Positions 1 through 13,069 of a stretch of DNA of 64,000 nucleotides are shown piece after piece. Positions within the stretch are counted from its first letter, which is position 1, and the number at the start of each line of letters is the position of its first letter. The notes beneath the pieces were generated by a model. It did no database searches. It saw nothing but the letters and a program-made list of their open reading frames with translations, and was not told where the DNA came from. This DNA is from Trichinella spiralis (Eukaryota). The position numbers and the translations under genes are program-made. Where the stretch lies: assembly GCF_000181795.1 (NCBI RefSeq), contig NW_003526943.1, forward strand, positions 2,041,647 through 2,105,646, written 5' to 3'.

Positions 1-1118
1 TCTATTTTGTGGAAAAAAATCTTATGATTGTCACGTGAATAACACTTTAACGTATATCCGTTATAAGGAAAATACATATTATAATCACTTTGTATGTTAA
101 ATTATATCCATCCTCAAAAAGTCATAAAGCTGTATAGATTAAGCAAGATGCACAGTTTTTACGTTCCTTAAATGGATTTTTTAATGATAAAAAATGAAAA
201 AAAATCTTGTTCAAAATTAAAATTTCAATTCAGTTTAATTTTCAGTTACTGCTTTATTCACCAAAGTATGAAAAATATAATTTTTATCAGTTATCGATCA
301 GACTAAAATTAGCATTAAAATTCAAAATTTTCATGGATTTTACCTAAGAAAGAAATTTGCAAACATCAAAGCATGCAAAGAAATAATTAATTAGAAACTA
401 ATTACTAATAAACTAATAATTAAATAAGAAATATAACTTTGTTATCTCAGACTGCATTGTTTGATATTTCAATTAATATTTCAAATATTAATATTAACTA
501 ATAATTAATCGATTAATTAATTAATTAATTAATATTTTGAAATTAATACTGTTACTAACTTTATAATTTTTTGGCTGATTTTCACAAGTAACAGGCATGG
601 CGTAAGAGAGATACTATTCACATTCAGTGTTCAAATTTCTATGTTTATTAATTTTCCATTGAGAAACTGCCCATTCAAACACTTTTCCACATTTTAAACA
701 ATAAAGTAAATTTTCTTTTTCTTAATCGAGTGAGCATTCAAAGCAGTGAATTTAATGAAATAGTGCAGAATGTGGCATCTGTTGGTAAAATGTGAAATCA
801 GATAAAAATAAAAATAAAAACCAATTCCATGCCATGTCAAATAAAAGCCATTCCAAAATTATAAGTATGCTTTCTCGAATTTATTTTCAATTCACAGTAA
901 AACTTGCTAATCTTGACTTATAACTTCCATTTATATAATAAAACTCAACCTTACGTAGGATGAAAAAAAGTATCTCTTATACAGGATCACGATCATTACT
1001 GTACTTATGCTTTTGTACGAAAATGTTGCAAGCGATTGCATTTCATTGAATGACAAGTTGACATCTGATAGCAATATGGCAATCGCTGCATCTCTGGACA
1101 ACTTCTTGTAAAGGATTA

Positions 1119-1844
1119 TAGTCAGCCCTCAAAATTCACGTTGGGTGTTCAGGCGGAACCGCGAATGTCGAATTTCCGCGAATACTTGCTGCTACTGTTC
1201 ATACGCCCCGCCGATGCCTTATAAGCCTACGCCATTATCTGTAAGCTGTAAGGAATAATATCACGTGCCGTCTACTGATTTGCATGCTAAATATTTATCC
1301 TGCATTTATTTTTTTACTTGTTTAGTTAAGTGCATAACAGTCCAAATCATTGCCAGAAATGGATGACCGTCCCGCGCATCTTTTTCTAAAAAATATTGTA
1401 ACTATAGTATTTACTTCATGCATTACATGTTTACTCAAATTTTTCGCTATTCTCACGCAGTGTTGGACTGTGCAAGCAGGAAAGCGGAAATTCTGCACTT
1501 CCAGACATGTCTGGACCGGTTGATCAGTTTGGAAGAAGTGCCTGAAATCGCTGAACCGGTGCAACCGTGAGCCAACCTCCAGCTCGTAGCGCCCAGTTTC
1601 CGTGCACCTTAATGTTTTTATCTTTTTCATCTAGCATTTGTAGCAATTATTTAGCTTTCAGATAGGTTAAGTCGTTGTCACTACTGTTGTGGTGTGGGAC
1701 TTCATAAGCGGAGACTTCTTTGAACTGAAGTTGCAGATCCACAGCATGCATACACAGTAGGGTCTTAAAATTTATTAGATTATTTATTAACATAGATTTA
1801 TCTTTTAGGCGGTTTTGAAATCCGCGAACGTTGAGGGTGAACTA
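1119..1844. mobile_element. Degenerate non-autonomous pogo/Tigger-like (Tc1/mariner superfamily) DNA transposon relic
   Basis: Imperfect terminal inverted repeats, each flanked by TA: left TA|TAGTCAGCCCTCAAAATTCACG (1119), right CGCGAACGTTGAGGGTGAACTA|TA (ends 1844). Subterminal GAA(T/A)TCCGCGAA-like motif at both ends (~1170, ~1817). Interior is GC-richer than the flanks. No recognisable transposase ORF. Confidence 0.45.
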
Positions 1845-2593
1845 TATAATTTTAAATACCGATGCTTATGATATAGGAAGCATGTATAACTGACTTGTTT
1901 TATTTTAACCTATTTTAATTTTATTTATTATTTTAATCCAAAATACATAAATTTTTGATAATTTTCCTTTAAAATAAGAGAATGAAAAAAATTGCCACTC
2001 CTTTGCAAAATAATCAATAACAAAATTTTCGTTGATTTTTTAATTATAAATAAAAATTAATTAAACAAACTACTGTTTTATCAGTTTAAAAGCTTTTTCT
2101 CAAATGAAAAACATTTAAATTTGTTAAATAAATGCAATTGAATATTTTAATGAAATAAAAAAAATTTATTAGTATTTGATCTTGATTATAATAATACAGT
2201 AATACTAGTATAAGTTCTCTTGTGAAATGAGCGTTGCGGTTAAATAAATATCTCATGAATAAATGCTAGCAATGAAGCGGGCTAAATTTAGCTGTTTTCG
2301 TGTTTGAATTTTTCGTTAACAAAGCATTATATGATGTCTGTATTAAGGATTGAGAAGATTTTTTTTCAATATTGTATCATCAGTACGGTTTTCCGGTCCT
2401 GTTGTTTTGGTGATTCATAAAACAAATACATGACACATTCCTGGCTATCACGCTTATTATCTAAACTAGACTTGTACTCAAATAATTGACGAAGTAAATT
2501 TAACTGTACTACTGCTCTTTTGTCAGCTGTTTAATTTTTATTGCAATTTCACAGTCAGTAGTTTGTGTACAAGGCAGTGGAACAGAAGCTACG

Positions 2594-5500
2594 ATGGACC
2601 TCTTGAAATATTTGAAATCCAAAATACCAGTCTCTCCGTCGCATGAAGCAAAAGAGCGGAGCAATGATGAATATTTCCGGTTTCGTAAAGTATAGCTAAT
2701 TTATCATTTATAAATTGACAATGAGTTGGTTTTTCATTTTCAATATTATTTTTGCACAATGAAATATTTTTTCACTGTAGAGTATTTTAGTGATGTTTAA
2801 AATTTTCAAAATGCTCCGAATTAAATAAATCTTGATTGTTTCATTGAAATGGGATGTAAAATTAATTTTTTTTTCTAATTCAAGTTCAAATTTGTTAAAA
2901 TTTTCAATTTTGCACTCGATCATTTTATCAATCGTTTTCTAGACATTTCGCATTGGTTTTCCTCAAAAGGTGACGAGTCTATTTTGCGATGAAGAAGCGA
3001 ATTTCGTCGGTATTGGTACAAAATTTGGAATGGTGAAAATGTATGCATCATCGATTATTTCATCGTTTGCATTGAATGCATTTATTAATTTGTTTTTTTC
3101 CAAAATTTTTTCCAGACTTGGTTCAGGAGGAATTGATTTTGTGAACGAAATTCCAAATCAGTTGGCCATAACTCAGTTGTTTTATGTTAAAAGATCTGTG
3201 CGTGCTAAGAGCAATTTATTGTTGTTGATTTTACTGAGCTTCGTTGACAAATATTGTATTTAGCATCGTGTGGTTGCCGTTTGTGCAGATCAGAGTTTTC
3301 ACCTTTTCGAAGTGAATTTTCGCGACGGTTGCAGATATTTGGACTACATCAAAGTGTGCTCTTCGACCGGAAAGTAACTATAAAACTCACTCAACGATGG
3401 TTTATTTCAATTAATGTTTTTTTTCTTGATTTTTTTAAAATCCAGGTTGAAACAGATATCATGCTGTTGTTTGTGCATTCGAAAGAATGACGACGAATGC
3501 GTCCTTATTGGTACAGAAAGTGGTAATGTCTATTCGTTGAACGTGTTGTCCACTTTTGAAATAACCGATTGTGTTATTTATCAAGAGATGGTTTTACCAA
3601 AGTATGTGTGGGATTATCCGATCAACATTAGCATTTATTTGTGTTTTGTATATATTGTTGAAAATTTCAGAATCCCGGACGATTACAAATTGAACCCAGG
3701 AGCGGTGGAAGCTTTGTCGGTTCATCCGCATTATTCAGATTTGGTGATTAAAGGTGGCAATGGAAGAAATTGTATTGTTTAATTGAAATAATTGTTGTCA
3801 GGTTTTGATTGGTTACAATCGTGGATTGATCGCGTTGTGGGATTTTGGTCAGACGACGATCGTGAGAACGTTCGTCGCCAGCCACCAGGTACAGTGGCTG
3901 TGCTGGCATGACGAAGATCGGTCTCGTTTCGTCTCGTCGCACAGCGACGGTTCGTACAGTTTTTGGAAAGTCGACGTCGACCAGGGTCGTACTTCGTTTC
4001 CGGACAGTCGCAGCCCGTTTGGTCCGTTTCCATGCAAAGCGATCACGAAAATTCTTTGGCGACACAGTTGCAGGTGAATAACACGCGACCAGTGTTTGTT
4101 TGTTTGTTTATTTATCTGTTGTTGTTGTTGTTGTTATTTCCGACTGATAACCACAACAGACACGGTGATGATTATTTGTTTTTCGCTGGTGGAATGCCAA
4201 GGGCGGCGTGTTCCGACCGCAACGCTTTGTCTGTACAACTTAACACTCACCAAGTGGTTTTTGATTTCACCAGTCGTGTGGTCGATTTTTGCCTGTTCGA
4301 CGAACCAGTACTGGACAAAGGTGACACAGTGAAAAAAAGATGTGAAAAATTAGAATAAAATGTTTCGTATATATATATATATATACATATATCTTTTTGG
4401 ATCTCTTAAGAAGAAGGGCGTGGTGAACCGAAATTGTTGCTCGTCTTGTGCGAAGAAGAGCTGGTCGGTATTGATTTGACGGTCGACGGGTGGCCTTGTG
4501 TACGTGTACCGTATTTCAACGCTTTCCACGCCTCACCAGTGACCACTTGCTGTCACGTCAGCGATTTGGTCAGGGATTGCTTCGACGAAATTTGCCAGTA
4601 TGGTCTGCGACAGAGCTTGACCACCTTCGCCCTATCCGACACCCCTTGGCCAGGCTACGAGTCTTCTTCTTCGGTGCTGGCGAAATTTCCCGACAACGAA
4701 CTCGCCAATAATCCATGCTTATTAATTACCGGGTAAGTGTTTATTATAGTGATCAAGTGATTTATTATTATTGTTATTATTATTTATGAGCATTTGTTTT
4801 TGTAAAGTCACGAAGATGGCACGGTGAAAATTTGGAACGTCAGCTGGATGGACAGTCCGTTGTTGTTCGTTTTGAACACGGCTTGCTTGTACGACAGCTA
4901 CCAGGATCCGTCGGACTATTCGGATGACGAGAACGTCTGGCCGCCGTTTCGAAAGGTATGCATATTTTTTTTAATAAATTTCCATTTTGCATATTATTCA
5001 ATTTATTATCTTCTCAGGTCGGTTTGTACGATCCGTTTAGCGACGACGCCAGATTCGCCGTGCATCGCGTGTGCATGGACCGCAACACCGGCACGGTGAT
5101 GGTCGGCGGTGCTGCGGGACAAGTGACCGTATGGAACCTGGAAAGTGAAGACAAAAAGCATATCAATATTGACGTGAGAATATTCTTTTTTTTCTTCTTA
5201 AATTCGTTTATTGTTGTTTTTATTGCTTATTTTTTCACTCTCCAGTGCATTGATGTGAATTTGGTCGACGGCACGGAACATTTCGAATGGAAAGGCCATG
5301 CCAGTTTGAAAATCCGTATGGATGGGATGCAATTTTTAGCCGGCTATCAGCCGTCGGTGGTCATTCAATGCTATCCGCCGGCTTCGATAACCGCCTGCGC
5401 AGCGAGTTATGCTTGGTCATTGTAAGTGTTCAATTTTCCCATCATCATTTTACACAAGCTGTATTGTTGCTGTTCCATCAGCTCATCTACATATATTTAT

Positions 5501-7229
5501 AATAAATAATAATGTATTTTAGAATCACTTTTGGCACAGCGCATGGTTTTGCCGTGTTCGATTGCACATCGATGCGTATTATCTACAAACGATGCACCTT
5601 AACACCGAGCGGTTGGTTATTGTCGTTGTTGTTGTTGTTGTTTACAGTTTAAATTTAAATTTAATTTCTCTCAGAAATTACGCCAGCGTTGACCGTCTCT
5701 GAAGGGACAATTTCACGGTACAAATCGTTCAAGAAATCCCTGCGCGAATCGTTCCGCCGCAAACGCAAGCCACGATCGAATCGCACATCCGAGTCTGTTT
5801 TAAAAAAGATATTTTGCATAAAATAATGGCTAAAATAATGCTCTCGTTTGTTTGTTTCAATGCTCCAGTTGTCAGTCGAACAAGCCGAAACAGCGTGACA
5901 ACGCGGAAGCGTCGACGAACAGCCAACGATCCTACTACCATCATCATCAGCTGAGCCGGCAGGCGGCCGTCGAACGGGCCATCGAAGCTCGAAGCGAAAA
6001 CAAGCAGCAGTTGAATTCGCTGGTCCGTTGCGCCACATTCGCTTCGGTCAACCTCGTCAGCGGTGGATATTTTATTTTTATTTATTTATTTGTTTGTTTG
6101 TTTTCAATTATTTGTTATCATTTGCATTTTCAACCAGGTGTCAGCGCATCGCCGACACTTTGGATAGGCACCAACGGGGGCATGATCTTTGCCTACTTGT
6201 TGAAATTGCCGCCGAATTTTCAAGAGGAGGTGAGCTGCGTTTTGGCGAAGGAGATTCGTTTGCGCCACGCGGCGCCGGTTTTGGCCCTCTACTTCACCGA
6301 CTACAGCGCTTCATCTTCGCACGGCAGGTTGAAATTGCAGCAAAACCCAAGCAGCACGGAAATGCAAAAATTGATCGTCTGCTCAGAGGAACAGATCAAG
6401 GTAGCTGCTTGCCATTCCAAATCGGACAGTTGTTGTTGTTTCAATTGTTATTTATTTATTCATTTATTTATTTATTTGTTAGTCATTTTCTCTACCGTCG
6501 TTGAAATCTTTGAGACAAAAGTATCGTTTGACCGCTTTGGAAGGCAGTCGAATTTTGAAAACTCAACTCGTGACGTTGACGAGCAAGTCAAGTAAGCCAC
6601 AGAGAGCCTCATAAGAGAGAGAGAGAGGCAGTCAATCTTGACAATCAGTTATGTTAATTTGATTACTGTTTTGTTTTCTTTTCTGAAGACCATTCTCAAC
6701 GCCAGTCGTTTGTCATCGTGCTGACCAACCAAGGTACGGTCGACGCTTTTGACAGTGGCACGTTGAAAATGGCGCTCTCGGTCAAATGTATGGATTCGAA
6801 TTCAATCAGCGCCATTCTGAGCACTGTGCTGACCGAAGATGGCGAAGGTTTCTACATGCTGAGCAGTTCCGAATGGCAACGCTTTTGCATCAAATGGGAA
6901 AACCGCTTCTGTTGGAGCGTCAGTCCAATTGGCGGCGGCGCTTTCGGACAACCATCTCCGGATCGGTATTCTTTGGATAATTTGCTTTATTTATTTATTT
7001 ATTTATTAGATAGTTATTATTAATTTCTGTTTTTTTTGGTTTTCTAAACAGAGAAGGATCTCTGAATTCATGCCCTGAAGATAGCGACGATAGTGCACGC
7101 ATTGAACAACAGCAACATGAAACAGAAGCAGCAGTCGAAGAAGAAGAAGAAATGGAATCATTACAAACTGCTTCTCCGTTGGACGTGACGGCCGATTCAA
7201 TTCACGATTGCATGCCTTGCGAATGGTAG
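2594..7229 (+). CDS. lgl-1: Lethal(2) giant larvae homolog (Lgl/LLGL), WD40 polarity protein, multi-exon
   Basis: Exon 1 (2594-2689) MDLLKYLKSK...YFRFRK splices to TFRIGFPQKVTSL...GIGTKFGMVK. Lgl motifs present: PDDYKLNPGAVEAL, PFGPFPCKAITKILW, FAGGMPRA, LLITGHEDGTVKIW, WPPFRKVGLYDPFSDDARFAV, and the aPKC/polybasic segment SRYKSFKKSLRESFRRKRK (~5713-5770). No C-terminal R-SNARE, so Lgl rather than tomosyn. The 3' end (TAG 7227-7229) is approximate. Confidence 0.88.
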
Positions 7230-8377
7230 AAAAAATTATTATTATTATTATTATTAATTGATAAGATGATAATTTATTTCTTATTGCAGATATTTTGATT
7301 GCGATTATTGCTGATTTAAAAGTGCTTTTTTCTTCGAGAAGCTTTTGCGACAATTGCTGCTATTCGAAATTTGTTAGTAGCATTTATTATTTTCTTTCTT
7401 ACACACAGGCACCTTTTATTTCTCTCTCATTGCTGCTGCGTATTTTCCATTTTTGCAATTTTACAATTGTAAGATTGAATGCCGACGTTGAAATTTAAGA
7501 CAAATTACAACCAACCGAAGAAATTTATTCAATTTTAAATCAATACTACCACCACCATTAGTGCCACTGAATTTTTTTCGCTCTTTTTATTTGCCTTTTT
7601 TGTTAAAGAGAAATTAATTTTTTGCCTGTTGTCGCGCTTCACAAAATACAACAATACAGTGTTGCGTTTCCCATAGCCTACCTACACCGGACATGCCTAA
7701 TATATATTTATTCATCAAAATGTGCTTGTTTAACTTTGCAAGTAAAGCATATACACATCAAGCAGTCAATTGTCTTTTTTGTTATATATTAATCATAAAC
7801 ATGCGCTGGAATGTTTTATTTATTGTGAACATAATTCGCAGAACAATTATTTATTTACACCTTCCTTGCGAAACAGTCTTTGTTTGCCAGTGCATTTGAA
7901 AAAGACAATTCTTCATATTCATCGCATTATTATTATTCTGATGCATTTCGATTAGATTAATTTTATTTCATCTTTTTTTCATCCCTGCCTAATAATAATA
8001 ATGATAATAATTATTCACCATCATAAATGATAAATGACTAAATTGAAATTGCAAACAGTACAACAGCATGTTTTGAATGCGCAACAACAACAATATAATA
8101 TATTTGTATAAATGGGAAAACATTAAATACATAATAATAATAATAATAATAAAGCGTAGAAAATAGCATCGCCTATAAATCAATCACACTGATAACAAGC
8201 AATCGTACATATTTGTACATACGGCTGCATACCCAACCCCACCTCGAGAAAATAAAATCATCGACTTTACCGGTGATGGGAGAGGAAAACAAAAAAACGT
8301 CAGCAGCAATTTTTTCCTCAAATTGTCATAATTTTGTGATATATTATTATTTAAAAAAAGGCACAACAACTAGGAGT

Positions 8378-11300
8378 TCAAAAAAACAAATCGAACGCAT
8401 CTGCTTGCTTGGCATTATTATTATTATTATTATGGTTGTTGCTATTGTTATTGCTATTGCCAGTGCTGGATATGGTTGTCGTTGGAGCTAAATTCGGTTG
8501 CAGAGTTCCACCGACAAAGGTTGGAACCAACAGCTCACCTCCACCTAAAATAATCAGAAGCAAAAGTAATAATAATAACAGATTACTATTCTCTTCATCT
8601 TACCTGTTACAGTAGACGTGCTGTTGCTGCTTTGCTTGTCAAAAGCAGCTTGCTTTTTTTGATTTTGCATTTCGTTCATCGTAACCCGATTCGGCTTGTC
8701 TTTCCTATCGCTCAGTGATAAACTGTCCAAATTTAAACCAATTTTACCAATATCCGACCAAGTGTCTGGTAATTTCTTCAAAATGAAAAAAAGTGAAGTG
8801 AATAATAACCAACATGATCATCATCATCATCATCATAATTAAAATTATTGATTACAATTTCTGATTTGTTGCTAGTAGTATTATTGTCGCGGTTCTGCTG
8901 AGCTGGAGCTATTAAACTCGGAGTCAAACAAATCAAACTAGGCGCCGGTTGATCCACCACACCGGCTGTTGTTGTCGTGGGTAAATTGTCGCTGTTGTTC
9001 CAGTCCAAAATATCTACCGGCATGTTCGACCGCGACACTGCTGAAGGAAACATATCCAAAGGTTGCGATGACAGCTTAACAAGAAAAAACCATGTACCAG
9101 TGAAGCTGCTACGCATTCGATCATCGAATATATGTTATACCTGGGGAAAAGCGAATTCTTGAGGCGAAAGACCGGCATCGTTGTAACTGGTGAAAGAATT
9201 GAATTCATCTTCGGCGCAACTTGAAATATTAAAATTATTATTATTATTATCACTGTTGTAGTTGTTGTGGTTATTCAAAATTCAAAGTTCCAACGTTTGC
9301 GTACTTGAAATTGCCGCCTGCACTCGACTGCGGTGCTGCAAATGGATCGTCGGATGCTGGCCAACTGTTGTCCACACCGACGGTCGTAGAAGGCTTAGCG
9401 AACACATCGGCTAACAAATCACTGTTCCGGTCGGATCCCACGGTCTGCACTTGACTTCCTGGCGGTGATGGAAGACGAACAGCAGCAGCAGCAGCAGCAG
9501 CAGCAGTAGCAGGCATGGTGGCCCGCTTTGACGAAAACTCTCCTCCACCGGTATCAAACACCGAACGACTCGTGTGCAACAATCCATTGTCAAAAGTTTG
9601 ACCAACACTGTTGGAACCATCCGATGGGAAAGCGTAATGTTGATTACGACGATCATCACTGTAAAAAATAAATAAACAAATAAATAAACAACTGCTATAC
9701 AAACACACTCTTCAATAGGATCGACAGTAGCTATAGCATGCCTGTTTTCAACTCTGCGGGATGCGTTCGATTCGACAACTCTATCCTCGGACGAATCTCG
9801 TCGTCTTCGATAATTATCTTCAGAACAATTATTAAAATTATAATAAAAACAACAACAAAAACAACTATTAATAATAAATACTCACGAAATCCACCTTGCG
9901 AATATTCACTGCTAGATATGCCAATGTATTGAGTTTTGTTATGACGAGCTGCTTTGCGTTCTTCATAAAGGCGATCGTCATCTTGCAAAAGTTCAATAAT
10001 TGCTTTCACCCGACTACGCACTAAATAAAAATTCATTCACATCAATTTCTGTTGCATATTATTGTAATAAAAACATCAAAATACAAATTTTCACTTGCAG
10101 TGAAAAAATTAAAATGATTATTAACAAGACTGTTGAAAAGGGCAGCAACAACAAACACAGAGAAGAAAACTCATACCAAACAAAGAACAGTTTTCGTTCT
10201 CTTGTGCAAGTTGAAAAAAAAAATTTCTTTTCCAACGATACAATAAGAGTTATGATTAAAATTTATGAAATATTTACAAGCAGACAAGTTTCAACTTCAG
10301 TGCACAACTCTAGTGAATAAGCTTTTCATTTTTCTTTTTTGGGAATAATTTTCCACTGTTATCCACAATCAGTGATGTTAGCATTTTTGAAACAAAAACA
10401 ATTACTGTACATATGAATGAATATGAAATGCTTATTTATTCGGTGAAAGGAAATCATCACAGCTGCTACTACGTGACAACAACTACCAGTGGAAAATGTT
10501 GAACAACAACAATTATAATGATAATAAAGGACAAAAATTGCCACCGCCTTCTGTGACATTTTTCAAAAATGTTTCCACCGAACTGATCAACAAAAATAAA
10601 TAAATAAATACTTTATGAAAATAAAATTAATCTCTAAAGCAAACAAGCAGTGAAATCAAAACAACATTTTCAAAAATCAAAAACAAATTTTCAAATTCAC
10701 CGGATTATTATTTACTAATAATGATAATGTTGAAAGCTTTTTTTGATTGTTCAATTTTCGTCTTTACCAAACGAAAAAAACAAGTTGAAATATTAAAAAG
10801 AAGAAAAATTAAATTTGCATGGAATGAATATTCAAAAATTTTGAAAAGCAAAAAAAAAAGAGTAAAATGTGGTTTGCTGGTTGGCATGAAGCCGCTGCAC
10901 TGATTTTTCAATTGTTACTGAAAACCGTTTCACGGCCTGAAAATGTTTGCAAAATATGCAAACCGGTCTGTCACCGTCCTTGGAAAACAAGCAGCAGAAA
11001 ACATTGGCAAAAGCAAAACTAGCCCAATTCAGTCGGCACAACAACAAAATTAAAAAAACAAACAAACAAATTTACCTTTCTGTCCGTGATCACAAGTCGG
11101 ATCATCGTTGTATTGATAACTCTCCAAAATTCTCAATTCAAACATTCGATCTCTGGCGTCGTTGATTACCTTTTCCGAGCCGTGCTTTATCAAATATTCC
11201 AAAAGTATTAAACACTAAAATCATCAAAAATCTCTATACTGTTCGTTTCTTTCTTCAAAATAAATCGAGCACAAAAAATAAAATAAAATGAAACTGCTGA

Positions 11301-11960
11301 ATTATAGAAATTAAATATTTACTTTATAAGGCCGAACCCAATTTTTCCTCGATTCTTGGAACAAACGTCGCCACAGCATTGCCATCACCTCGTTGAACTG
11401 ATCGTAAGCGTTGGTGTAACGGGCTATGTCAGCCATCATAGAGCCCGTAGGACCCCAACGTTCATCGCTGGTCGCTTCACGCACCTTCGACTCTGCTTCA
11501 GTATAATTCATAACCGCATTTTGCCTGAACAATATTCAATTAAAAAAAGCTATTCAAAACAAACTCAAAAATACTACCAAATATTTCAAAAAAACAACAA
11601 GGAAAGCTTTTATACAAATTTGGAACAATAATTCAAAATATCCCAATAGTGATTTCAATAATTAGTCAATAATGTATTGCATTGTTTTCAAAATCATTCT
11701 TAACATCAAACTACTGCACAAACAAAGATGCAATTAATTATCAAAACCACTTCACAAGTAAATACACTTGTGCACATGCACATTCTTCCCCTCCCGAAAG
11801 TGTATATAATAAACTTTTTAATAATGCAATTAAATCAAAATTAAAAAGATAAACACAAAAAAACGTACACTTTATCAGCAAGTTTTCGAATTTCATAAGT
11901 ACTCAAATTGGACGTAATATTTGATGCAATATTCTGTATTCCAGAAAATATACCGGCCAT
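8378..11960 (-). CDS. CLINT1: Epsin-related protein / clathrin interactor 1 (epsinR, ENTH domain), multi-exon
   Basis: ENTH domain: exon 11960-11869 (MAGIFSG...EIRKLADKV), 11524-11323 (QNAVMNYTEAESKVREATSDERWGPTG...WVRPYK), 11214-11076 (CLILLEYLIKHGSEKV), and from 10020 (VRSRVKAIIELLQDDDRLYEERKAA). C-terminal KLPDTWSDIGKIGLNLDSL resembles the epsinR LPSTWSD...ISLDNL motif. Ends ADAFDLFF*. Confidence 0.88.
9481..9511 (-). repeat. (GCT)n trinucleotide repeat encoding poly-Ala in CLINT1
   Basis: Plus strand agcagcagc... run; translates as ATAAAAAAAAV in ORF 9271..9708(-). Confidence 0.8.
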
Positions 11961-13069
11961 TTGCAAACGGTAAGGTAAAACAATTTATTTCGTTCCAGTA
12001 CGAGCAAATACCGACACAGAAGCCAGACTACCGTACGAAGAAAAAGTGGGCACTTTTGTGAACGAAGGTTCAACCTCACGTTTACACTACAGTAATTCAG
12101 CAATTCAGGTAATTTAGCCGTTTAATTAAACGTTGTTTAAACAGTCGTTGTAATTTTAAACGCTTTAAAATTTTCCCATGATTTCATTTAAAAATAAAAA
12201 TTTTTTTTCAACTGTGCCATGTTTTCAAGTTTTGTTCGTTTAAAATCTTTCTTTCGCAGAACGTAACGATGGATTTTTAATTTTTACCCGTTTCACAAGC
12301 CTGTTCATTATTTGTTATACTTATTATATGCTAAACGTAGCAATTCGACTGAACAAAATCTTTGTTGTTATTGTAGCTGGTTTACTGGTTGAATTTTTAC
12401 AGAAACGTCAACTGCACGTTCCACCGCTTATCATGATGTCGCTGTTTACTCGCCGTTTGCCAGTCGTCTTTCCTAGTGCTAGCTAGAATTGGAAAAGAAT
12501 TCAACCGAATTTTGAAATTATTAAATTTTTATATAATACGACAATACTTTTATCTTACTGCGTTTGAAAAATTGTCCAAAACTGTCGAACGTGAAAATCA
12601 CATTTGTTGAATGCAATTTTATTTTGTTTTGCTATCATTATTACCTGTTTAAATCAATATTATGCATGCGTGCAGTGATTTTTAATAAATCAATCAGATT
12701 ACAAATGGAAGAAACATCTCTTTTAATTCAGTGAAAACAATCAAAACTACACAACACAAGATCACGAAGAAATTATCATATATACTGACAACGTGATGAA
12801 TCTGCACGTGTATTATTTCTTGATGCATTCCTAAAAATAATTTTCTAATTTATGAAAAATATTTAAATTATTCAAACTATCTGTGCTTTATTTGTACTAT
12901 TACTGTAAAAAAAAGCTCAACATTCTGACTGACTTCAGTACTGTCTATGCATATAAAAGGGAAATTTATGCAACGTACGCGTATTGTGGTCTTATTACTT
13001 GACTGTTTGTCATTTAAGAAATTGATGAATAACACAAAAAACAAAATTCCAAGTAAGTGAATTTTAAAG

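Noticed and set aside
6521..6528. GTATCGTT as a Trichinella-type U12 donor
   Set aside because: It lies inside conserved Lgl coding sequence (KYRLTALEGSR).
2594..7229. Tomosyn/STXBP5 as the identity of the WD40 gene
   Set aside because: It has the Lgl aPKC motif (KSFKKSLRESFRR) and no C-terminal R-SNARE helix.
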